Source of the DNA: Candidatus Nealsonbacteria bacterium | GTDB lineage: Bacteria > Patescibacteriota > Minisyncoccia > Minisyncoccales > RBG-13-42-11 | DNA: 42,333 nucleotides | Assembly: GCA_026396115.1 (NCBI GenBank) | Contig: JAPLXL010000003.1 | Coordinates: forward strand, 1 to 42,333 | Reading direction: 5' to 3' | Shown: positions 33,171 through 41,036 of the stretch, in pieces | How positions within the stretch are numbered: the first letter of the stretch is position 1 | Layout: each line of letters starts with the position of its first letter | The notes under the pieces: model-generated | Database searches by the model: none | Told to the model about the DNA's origin: nothing | The model's input: only the letters and a program-made list of their open reading frames with translations | Translations under genes and position numbers: made by a program

Positions 33171-35651
33171 ATGGCGAAAGATTCTCAAAAACAAAATACC
33201 GAGATAGGTCATGTCAAGCCCCGGGAAATCACCGAAGAAATGCAGGAATCCTATATTAATTATGCAATGTCGGTCATTGTTTCCCGAGCTCTGCCGGATG
33301 TCAGAGACGGATTAAAACCTGTTCACCGTCGGATTTTGTATACGATGCTGGAAGAGGGTTTGAGACATACCGCTAAATTCAGAAAATCAGCAAATGTTAC
33401 TGGGAATTGCCTTGCTCGTTATCATCCGCATGGCGATATAGCGGTGTATGATGCTTTAGTCCGTATGGCTCAAGATTTTTCGTTAAGATATCCTTTGATT
33501 CAAGGTCAAGGTAATTTTGGCAGTGTTGATGGGGATAGTGCTGCAGCTCCTCGTTACACTGAGGCGCGGCTTTCAAAAATCGGAGAAGAAATGCTTAAGG
33601 ACATTGAAAAAAACACCGTTGATTTTATAGATAATTATGATGGAACGAGAAAAGAACCAACCGTTTTGCCTTCTCCTGTTCCCCAGCTTTTGTTGAATGG
33701 CTCTTTGGGAATCGCTGTTGGTATGGCGACTAATATTCCCCCTCATAATCTGTCAGAGGTCTGCGATGCTTTAATTTATTTAATTGATAACCCAAAGGTT
33801 GATACTGAGGAACTTTTTAAATTTATACAGGGGCCAGATTTTCCTACCGGCGGCATAATTTATGACCAAAAAGGAATAATTCAGGTCTATTCTCAAGGCA
33901 AAGGACCTATTATTGCTCGGGGTAAGGTTGAAATAATGGAGCAGGAAAAAACGGGACGCCAACGCATTATTATTACTGAAATTCCATTCCAGGTTCAAAA
34001 ATCAACTCTAATTGAACAGTTTGCCAATTTAGTTCAACAAAAAAAGATAGAAGGGATAAAGGATATTAGGGACGAATCTGATAAGGAAGGACTTAGGATT
34101 GTTATTGAGCTTTCTCGAGACGCTTATCCTCAAAAAATTCTAAATCGTCTTTATAAATTCACCGACCTTCAAAAAACTTTTCACTTCAATATGCTGGCTT
34201 TGGTTGATGGAATCCAGCCAAGAGTTTTGAATTTGGTTGAATTGTTGGATTATTTTATCAGCCACAGGAAAGAAGTGATTACCCGGCGGATGAAATACGA
34301 GCTGGAAAAGGCCAAAGAGAGAGTCCATATTTTGGAGGGCTTGCATAAGTGTCTGGCCAATATTGACGAGGTAATTAGAATAATTAAAAATTCAGCCGAC
34401 AGAGAAGAGGCAGAGAAGAATTTAATTAAAAGATTTCGTTTAACAAAAATCCAGGCAAACGCCATTTTGGAAACAAAGCTTTCAGCTTTGGCTAAACTAG
34501 AAAGAAAGAAAATTGAAGACGAGCGAAATGCACTTGAAACAAAGATTAAAGAGCTTACGGGAATTCTTAAAAGTCCTCAAAAGATAAAAGGAGTGGTCAA
34601 AAAGGAATTAAAAGAAATTAAAGATAATTTTGGCGACGAGAGAAGGACAAAAGTTCATATTCAAAAAATAGGAGAAATTGCCGAAGAAGATTTGATTCCT
34701 CAAGAAGAAACAATTATTACCCTGACCCAGGGTGGCTACATTAAGAGAATTAATCCTAAAACCTATAAAATTCAAAAAAGAGGAGGAAAGGGAATTTTAG
34801 GAATGAAGACTCTTCAAGATGATGTTGTTGAACATTTCCTTTCTGCCCAAACCCATGATTCTTTGCTTTTTTTTACTGATTCTGGAAAAGTTTTTCGCGT
34901 TCCTGTATATGAAATTCCCGAAGGTCAAAGAGTTGCCAGGGGAAGAGGCCTTTTAAACTTTCTTGAGATTTCTTCTCAGGACAAGATTTTATGCCTCCGG
35001 ACGCTGAGCAAAAGAGACCAAGAGCAGGGCATTAGATATTTGTTTATGGCTACCAAGAGAGGTATAATAAAAAAAACCCCTTTAACCGACTTTGATAATA
35101 TCAGGAAAACGGGCTTAATCGCTATTTCTTTAAAAAAAGGAGACGAACTTAAAAATGTCCAAAAAACTATTGGCCAGGATGAGATAATTCTTGTCAGCAG
35201 AAATGGTCAATCCATTCGTTTTAAGGAAAAAGAAGCAAGGCCAATGGGAAGAACGGCTTCCGGCATAAGAGGGATTAGATTAAAAAAAGGAGACGAGGTG
35301 GTAGCACTTGATGTAATTAGAAATATAAAGCAAAATGAACAAAAGGTAAAAGAATATTTGGCCGTTATTACCGAAAACGGATTTGGCAAAAGAACCGATA
35401 TTAAAGAATATAAAGCCCAGGGAAGAGGAGGTTCAGGAATCAAAACTGCAAATATTAACCAGAAAACCGGAAACATAACTGCCGCAAAAGTTCTTACGGG
35501 CCAAGAAGAAAACTTAATTGTTATTTCCCAAAGAGGCCAAGTTATCAGAATAAAAATTTCCCAGATTTCAAAACTTTCCCGAGCTGCTCAAGGAGTGAGA
35601 TTAATGAGGTTAGAACAGGGCGACAAAGTGGCGTCGGTTACCTGTGTATAA
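33171..35651 (+). CDS. gyrA: DNA gyrase subunit A
   Basis: [29 protein letters not shown] and GyrA-box QKRGGKG. The start is moved to ATG 33171, after the repeat. Confidence 0.98.
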   Translation: MAKDSQKQNTEIGHVKPREITEEMQESYINYAMSVIVSRALPDVRDGLKPVHRRILYTMLEEGLRHTAKFRKSANVTGNCLARYHPHGDIAVYDALVRMAQDFSLRYPLIQGQGNFGSVDGDSAAAPRYTEARLSKIGEEMLKDIEKNTVDFIDNYDGTRKEPTVLPSPVPQLLLNGSLGIAVGMATNIPPHNLSEVCDALIYLIDNPKVDTEELFKFIQGPDFPTGGIIYDQKGIIQVYSQGKGPIIARGKVEIMEQEKTGRQRIIITEIPFQVQKSTLIEQFANLVQQKKIEGIKDIRDESDKEGLRIVIELSRDAYPQKILNRLYKFTDLQKTFHFNMLALVDGIQPRVLNLVELLDYFISHRKEVITRRMKYELEKAKERVHILEGLHKCLANIDEVIRIIKNSADREEAEKNLIKRFRLTKIQANAILETKLSALAKLERKKIEDERNALETKIKELTGILKSPQKIKGVVKKELKEIKDNFGDERRTKVHIQKIGEIAEEDLIPQEETIITLTQGGYIKRINPKTYKIQKRGGKGILGMKTLQDDVVEHFLSAQTHDSLLFFTDSGKVFRVPVYEIPEGQRVARGRGLLNFLEISSQDKILCLRTLSKRDQEQGIRYLFMATKRGIIKKTPLTDFDNIRKTGLIAISLKKGDELKNVQKTIGQDEIILVSRNGQSIRFKEKEARPMGRTASGIRGIRLKKGDEVVALDVIRNIKQNEQKVKEYLAVITENGFGKRTDIKEYKAQGRGGSGIKTANINQKTGNITAAKVLTGQEENLIVISQRGQVIRIKISQISKLSRAAQGVRLMRLEQGDKVASVTCV

Positions 35652-35663
35652 TGCATATAATTA

Positions 35664-35717
35664 AGGCGAAGAGGACTTCGTCCTCTTCTTTATCTTCGCT
35701 TCCTTCGGAAGCTTGCT
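35664..35717 (+). repeat. Family I element (54 bp) at the 5' end of the methyltransferase gene
   Basis: AGGCGAAGAGGACTTCGTCCTCTTCTTTATCTTCGCTTCCTTCGGAAGCTTGCT. Confidence 0.9.
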
Positions 35718-35719
35718 AT

Positions 35720-36244
35720 ATGATGAAGGGAGATTTTCTTAAACCAAACGAAGTTTTAAAAAAATTTAAATTAAAAGAAGACATGATAGCTGCTGATTTT
35801 GGTTCAGGTAGCGGCGGTTGGGTGATTCCTTTGGCAGAAAAATTGGAAGATGGAAAAATTTATGCCATAGACATTTTAGAAGAACCGCTTTCAGTCCTAA
35901 GAGCAAAAGCAAAATTGGCAAAAATTTCCAACATTCAGACGATTCTGGCCGATGTTGAAAAGAAAACAGAAATTTTTGAGGAAAGCTGTGACCTGGTTTT
36001 AATAACCAACCTTCTTTTCCAGTCAGATGACAAAAAAAAGGTTTTAGAAGAAGCCGAAAGGGTTTTGAAAAAAGGTGGCAGGGTTTTGGTGGTTGATTGG
36101 AAGGAAGACGTGTCATTGGGGCCAGAAGAGGGCATGGTTTCGCCGGAAGAAGTAAAAGAATTGGCTCTTGACCTTAATTTAAGAATTGAAAAGGAATTTG
36201 AAGCCGGCCCTTATCATTATGGTTTGATCTTTACTAAAGATTAG
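35720..36244 (+). CDS. Class I SAM-dependent methyltransferase
   Basis: ADFGSGSG, IYAIDI and RVLKKGGRVLVVDW. The start could alternatively be 35651, read through the repeat. Confidence 0.88.
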   Translation: MMKGDFLKPNEVLKKFKLKEDMIAADFGSGSGGWVIPLAEKLEDGKIYAIDILEEPLSVLRAKAKLAKISNIQTILADVEKKTEIFEESCDLVLITNLLFQSDDKKKVLEEAERVLKKGGRVLVVDWKEDVSLGPEEGMVSPEEVKELALDLNLRIEKEFEAGPYHYGLIFTKD

Positions 36245-36272
36245 GTACGGGATAAAATAAACCCAGTAGAAT

Positions 36273-36614
36273 ATGAATTTAAGAAAAGAAATATTTATTT
36301 TAGTTTTGCCTTGTTTAATTTTTCCATCTATTGTCATTGGAACTAGTTCGGTTATTCAGCTTGAACCGCCGACAAAGTACAATACTTTTGGAGAATTAAT
36401 TGAGGCAATTATTGATTTTATTTATAAAGTTGCTTTGGTTTTGGCCCCCTTGTTTATTGTTATTGCCGGTTTTTATTTTGTTACTGCTAGCGGCGATCCG
36501 GCAAAAATTAAAACCGGTCAAGATATAATTAAATATACTTTAATTGGCTTGTTGATTATTCTTCTTGCCAAAGGTTTAATCGCTGTTATTCAAAGCGTTT
36601 TGGGTGTACAATAA
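36273..36614 (+). CDS. VirB2/TrbC-like pilin (CPR type)
   Basis: Signal peptide and two hydrophobic helices joined by AGFYFVTASGDPAKI...IKYTLIG. Confidence 0.8.
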   Translation: MNLRKEIFILVLPCLIFPSIVIGTSSVIQLEPPTKYNTFGELIEAIIDFIYKVALVLAPLFIVIAGFYFVTASGDPAKIKTGQDIIKYTLIGLLIILLAKGLIAVIQSVLGVQ

Positions 36615-36673
36615 TATAATAAAACTTTCAAAAGGTCGAAAAATTAGAAATCAAAAATAATGGGGATTAAAAA

Positions 36674-37012
36674 ATGAAAACGAAAAAATATTTATTGAGC
36701 CTGACTTTAGTAAGCCTTTTGGCAGTAAGCCTTTTAGCCTTACCCGCAAAAGGATTAGCTGCAACTTCTACCTTGGAAGATCTTGATGTGGAGGATATCC
36801 TAACAAAAATCGTTAACTGGCTTATTACAATTTTGTTGGTAGTAGCAGCGCTTTTTATTGTCTTAGCTGCTTTCACCTTTGTTACTGCTGGAGGTGACCC
36901 AGAGAAAATAAACACGGCGAGAAATCAAGTACTGTATGCTTTAATAGGAGTAGGGGTAGCCCTTTTGGCTTGGGGTTTGGTTGCCTTAGTGCAAAAGATA
37001 ATAGGGGTGTAG
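36674..37012 (+). CDS. VirB2/TrbC-like pilin (CPR type)
   Basis: Signal peptide and FVTAGGDPEKINTARNQVLYALIG. Confidence 0.82.
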   Translation: MKTKKYLLSLTLVSLLAVSLLALPAKGLAATSTLEDLDVEDILTKIVNWLITILLVVAALFIVLAAFTFVTAGGDPEKINTARNQVLYALIGVGVALLAWGLVALVQKIIGV

Positions 37013-37144
37013 AGTCTTAAAATTTTTATTACAAAAAGTAATTTCTCGAGAGAGTGAACGTCTTGAACAAGAGGATTAATTAATCCTGCTTTCTTAAACG
37101 CCTGTTTTTGGATAGAAAGCAGGATTGATTTTTATGTTCAAAAT

Positions 37145-37226
37145 GTCGGAGTGGCGGAACCGGAAGACGCGCTGGGTCTAGGACCCAGTGGGGAAACCCG
37201 TGAGAGTTCAAGTCTCTCCTCCGACA
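37145..37226 (+). tRNA. tRNA-Leu(TAG)
   Basis: Long variable arm, loop TC-TAG-GA (C33). Confidence 0.9.
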
Positions 37227-37272
37227 CCCGAGCCGTAGTGAAGGGTAAAGAAGAAGATTTATCTTCTTCGCC
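37227..37272 (-). repeat. Family I element abutting the tRNA-Leu 3' end
   Basis: CCCGAGCCGTAGTGAAGGGTAAAGAAGAAGATTTATCTTCTTCGCC. Confidence 0.9.
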
Positions 37273-37277
37273 CACCT

Positions 37278-37305
37278 AAAAATCCTGTTTTTGGCAGGAT
37301 TTTTT
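37278..37305. terminator. Bidirectional terminator
   Basis: AAAAATCCTG...CAGGATTTTT. Confidence 0.8.
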
Positions 37306-37336
37306 GTTTAGAAATTAAAAATTTCTAATTTTTAAT

Positions 37337-38026
37337 TTATTCTCTAACAATAATTCTTCTTTTCTTTTCTCTTAAAATTTTAGGGATTCTAATTGTCAGA
37401 ATGTTGTTTTTCATTTCAGCCACAGCTCTTTGCGGGTCAACTTCAGAGGGCAGTATCACTTCTCTTGAAAAAGGTCCCCAAAAACATTCTTGGATAAAAT
37501 AGTCGCCGTTTTCTTCAAATGGTTTTTCTCTGCTTCCCTTAATGGTAATAATGTCTCTTTCAATTGAAATATCTAAATTTTCCGGCTTAACTCCGGCAAT
37601 TGCTGACTGAATAACCAAATCATTTTCGGTTTGATAAACATCAATTGCCAATTGTCCCTCTTCTATTTTGCCAAAAGAGGGCCATTTTTTTTCTTTTTGT
37701 TCCTTTAGTTCTTTTGGAGGTTCTTTTTCAGCCTGTTCTTTAACTTCTTCTTCTTCTCTTTCTTCTTCTCTTTCTTCTTCTGGCATTTTTGTTTGTGTTT
37801 CTAATTTTCTAATTTTTACTTCCGGCGATTCCTTTTCTTTTTTGGCAGTCGAAGAGAACTTCATTCTCTTCTCCACCTTCGCTTCCTTAGGAAGCTCGGT
37901 TTTTAATTTTTTCGGTTCTTTGCCCGTTTTTGTTTCAATTGGTTTTTCTTCTATTTCTTTTTCTGGTTCAGCAATTGGTTCTTCAATATCCATCCCCCTT
38001 TTTAATTTTTCAAAAAATGACGCCAT
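37337..38026 (-). CDS. Hsp20/alpha-crystallin family small heat-shock protein with a long charged N-terminus
   Basis: EGQLAIDVYQT, IAGVKPENLDI, ECFWGPFSR and NILTIRIPK. Confidence 0.9.
   Translation of the reverse strand: MASFFEKLKRGMDIEEPIAEPEKEIEEKPIETKTGKEPKKLKTELPKEAKVEKRMKFSSTAKKEKESPEVKIRKLETQTKMPEEEREEEREEEEVKEQAEKEPPKELKEQKEKKWPSFGKIEEGQLAIDVYQTENDLVIQSAIAGVKPENLDISIERDIITIKGSREKPFEENGDYFIQECFWGPFSREVILPSEVDPQRAVAEMKNNILTIRIPKILREKKRRIIVRE
37847..37900 (+). repeat. Family I element (54 bp), in frame in hsp20
   Basis: AGTCGAAGAGAACTTCATTCTCTTCTCCACCTTCGCTTCCTTAGGAAGCTCGGT, encoding TELPKEAKVEKRMKFSST. Confidence 0.93.
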
Positions 38027-38029
38027 ATA

Positions 38030-38737
38030 TTATATTTTACACGTGCTTTTTAATTTTTTCAACCTTTTAAAAGCAAAAGCGAGAAAAATCGCCAAACTGA
38101 TTAAAATGATAATTGGAATTAACCAGGAAAATATTCTTTCTAATTCCATAATAGAAAAATTATAGAGTCCGTGCAAGAGGGTAGATATCCCCACCCCGAT
38201 GATTAAAAGCACGCTTCTTTTTTTTGTTTCAAAAATAGATAAAGCCAAAAAATAGCCGAGAGTTCCGGAGCATAAGGCGTGTAAAAAAGTTGCTCCCCAG
38301 AATCTTAAAACGCTGATTGTAAAAACCTCCTCGAATAAAAAAGCTGGGCCCAAGGAAAATAAAATTAAAATATTTTCTGCGGCGGCAAAGCCAAGAGCCG
38401 CGATTATCATATAAAGCATTACATCTATCGGCTCGTCAAATTCCGGGTGGTCCAGAACTTTTTCTCTTACCACCAAGTATTTTAAAAATTCTTCCACCAG
38501 AGCTATTCCGATAAAAACATTAAGAAAAGTTAAAAAAATTAAGGGCAATTTTAATTCTGTAAAGACCTTAAGAATTCCCATTTCCAATAAAATAGCGGGT
38601 AAAGCTGCCAACATTCCATAAAAGAAAATTTTTAATACCATTTGATTGGATTCGGGGTGCGAATCTTTTCTCAAATAAAATAAAAGCCAGATAAGGCTGG
38701 GCAAAACTCCAAAAAATATATAGAAAGGATAAGACAT
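38030..38737 (-). CDS. prsW: PrsW-family intramembrane metalloprotease
   Basis: D.HPE, VEEFLK, LGFAAAEN, FLHA and LHGLYN. The start is placed at MSYPF. Confidence 0.9.
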   Translation of the reverse strand: MSYPFYIFFGVLPSLIWLLFYLRKDSHPESNQMVLKIFFYGMLAALPAILLEMGILKVFTELKLPLIFLTFLNVFIGIALVEEFLKYLVVREKVLDHPEFDEPIDVMLYMIIAALGFAAAENILILFSLGPAFLFEEVFTISVLRFWGATFLHALCSGTLGYFLALSIFETKKRSVLLIIGVGISTLLHGLYNFSIMELERIFSWLIPIIILISLAIFLAFAFKRLKKLKSTCKI

Positions 38738-38795
38738 TTTAAAAATTTCTAATAGGAGTCCACCAAAGATGGGAAGGTGGTGGGTGGGTTGTAGT

Positions 38796-41036
38796 CTAAA
38801 CCGGCCAGTTTTCAATCATTAGACATTTCTTTTTGTTTTTAATCGGCAGCTTTTGATAAATTTCTTCGGTGATAAAAGGGATAAAGGGATGTAAAAGTTC
38901 CAAGTTGGTTTTTAAAATTTGCAAAAGAAGGTATTGGCTAGCCTCCTTTTCTTTTTTATTGGAGCCCTGAAGCCGAGATTTTTCTTCCTCAATAATTTTA
39001 TCGCAAAAAATATGCCAGAAATAATGATAAATTTTTTCTGCCGCTTGGTAAAATTTGAAGGAGTCCATCAACTTGGTAATTTCTTTTGAAAAGCTGTTTA
39101 ATTCCCTTAAAATTTTCTTATCTTTTTTAGTTAATTTTGGCTTAATTTTGGGGTCAAAACCTTTTAGATTCATCAAGACAAACCGGCTGGCATTCCAGAT
39201 TTTATTGGCAAAATTGCGCATCCCCCTGATTTTATTATCGCTGATACAAATATCGGTTCCCGGCGTTGTTCCAAAGATGACTGACATCCTTAAAGCGTCT
39301 GCTCCATATTTTTGCACCATATCCATTGGATCGAGAACATTTCCTTTACTCTTTGACATCTTCTGACCATTTTCATCAACTACTCGGCAGTGAATATGAA
39401 CTATTTTAAAGGGAACCTCTTTTGTCAAATAAAGGCCGAACATTATCATTCTGGCAACCCAGAAAAACAAAATGTCCCACAGCGTATCCAAGACCGATGT
39501 TGGGTAGAAATATTTAAAGTCTTTGCTCTTTTGATAGCCAAGCGCGGTCAGCGGCCATTGTCCAGATAAAAACCAGGTGTCAAAGGTGTCTGTTTCTTGC
39601 AGAATTTTTTTACCTTTACATTTTTGGCAAGCTTTTTCCTCCAAAGAATAAACAGGATTTTTACTAGCGCTTAAACTTTGCAATCCTTTTTTGATTTCAG
39701 CAAAGTTGTATTTGTCCTTTAAATCTTTATAGGTTCCGTTTATTTTATTGCCTTTTTTATTAATAAAATTGATTAAAATATCAGGGTTGCAATCCAAGCA
39801 ATACCAAACTGGTATTTGAGGGCCCCAGACAATTTGTCTTCCAATATTCCAGTCACGGACATTTCTCATCCAATTAAGATACATTTTTTTAAATCTCTTT
39901 TCTGGAATAATCTTTATTCTTTCTTTTTCAACAGCTTCTAAGGCTGGTTTTGCCAAAGGTCCGATTTTCAAAAACCATTGAGGCATAATTAACGGCTCAA
40001 TAGTTGTTTTACAACGATAACAAATTCCTATTGAGTGCTTCAAGGGTTCAGTTTTTACCAGTTTTTCTGCTTTTTCCAAATCATTTATTGTTTTTTCCCG
40101 AGCCGTTTTTACTGTCAGGCCAAGATACTTTTCTGGCAGATTTGTCATTCTTCCATTTTTGTCAATAATGGTGATGGTTTCTAGGTTGTGAGTTTGGCCG
40201 ATTTCGTAGTCAGTGGTGTCGTGGCCAGGGGTTACCTTCAAGACTCCGGTACCAAAGTTAACATCGATTCTTTTGTCGGCGATTATGGGTACCTCTTTGT
40301 TAATGAGCGGGATAACAGCCTTTTTACCAATGAGATTTTTATATCTTTTGTCTGTTGGATTTACGGCTACGGCCACGTCCGCAAAAATAGTTTCTGGTCT
40401 CGTGGTGGCAATTTGCAAAGTCGTGTAATCCAAATAGTAGAGGAACTCGTCTTTTTCTACATAGTCTACTTCCAGGTCAGAAAAAGCAGTGCCGCATTTG
40501 GTGCAAAAATTCACAATTCTTTCTCCTCTGTAAATTAAGCCATCCCGATGCAGTTTACGGAAAGTGTCAAAAACTATTTTGACAATGTTTGGTTCAAGAC
40601 TGTAATGGTACCTAGTCCAGTCTAAAGAAAATCCTAATTTTTTAAGTTGTTCCCTATTTATATTTTTATTTTTTTCAACAAATTCAGAAATCATTTTGTA
40701 TAAGGTTTTTCTGCCAAAATCAAAACGGCTTTTTCCTTCTTTGGCCAATCTTTTTTCAAAGACAAACTGCGTTTCAATCCCAGCATGGTCACCTCCTGGC
40801 AACCAGAGAGTCGGTCTGCCTCGCATCCGATAGTATCTAATTATAATATCTTCTACTGCAAAAAGAACATGACCCATGTGCAGAGGATCATTGGCGTTGG
40901 GGAGAGGTAAGAGGATGGTGAAAGGTTTTTTACGAGGAACGATTTTGGGAGTAAACCAGCCACCTTTTTCCCAAAACTTATATATTTTACCTTCAACTTT
41001 TTTTGGTTCGTAAGTTTTAGAAAGTTCTGAGTTCAT
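38796..41036 (-). CDS. valS: Valine--tRNA ligase (short, no C-terminal coiled coil)
   Basis: PN...LHMGH, DHAGIETQ, TTRPET, DTFDTWF, FFWVARM and KMSKS. Confidence 0.96.
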   Translation of the reverse strand: MNSELSKTYEPKKVEGKIYKFWEKGGWFTPKIVPRKKPFTILLPLPNANDPLHMGHVLFAVEDIIIRYYRMRGRPTLWLPGGDHAGIETQFVFEKRLAKEGKSRFDFGRKTLYKMISEFVEKNKNINREQLKKLGFSLDWTRYHYSLEPNIVKIVFDTFRKLHRDGLIYRGERIVNFCTKCGTAFSDLEVDYVEKDEFLYYLDYTTLQIATTRPETIFADVAVAVNPTDKRYKNLIGKKAVIPLINKEVPIIADKRIDVNFGTGVLKVTPGHDTTDYEIGQTHNLETITIIDKNGRMTNLPEKYLGLTVKTAREKTINDLEKAEKLVKTEPLKHSIGICYRCKTTIEPLIMPQWFLKIGPLAKPALEAVEKERIKIIPEKRFKKMYLNWMRNVRDWNIGRQIVWGPQIPVWYCLDCNPDILINFINKKGNKINGTYKDLKDKYNFAEIKKGLQSLSASKNPVYSLEEKACQKCKGKKILQETDTFDTWFLSGQWPLTALGYQKSKDFKYFYPTSVLDTLWDILFFWVARMIMFGLYLTKEVPFKIVHIHCRVVDENGQKMSKSKGNVLDPMDMVQKYGADALRMSVIFGTTPGTDICISDNKIRGMRNFANKIWNASRFVLMNLKGFDPKIKPKLTKKDKKILRELNSFSKEITKLMDSFKFYQAAEKIYHYFWHIFCDKIIEEEKSRLQGSNKKEKEASQYLLLQILKTNLELLHPFIPFITEEIYQKLPIKNKKKCLMIENWPV

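Noticed and set aside
37668-38165. 165-aa Ser/Phe-rich ORF and other antisense ORFs inside pilC, ftsH, gyrA and valS
   Set aside because: They are antisense shadows of well-supported genes with Glu/Lys-biased codons.
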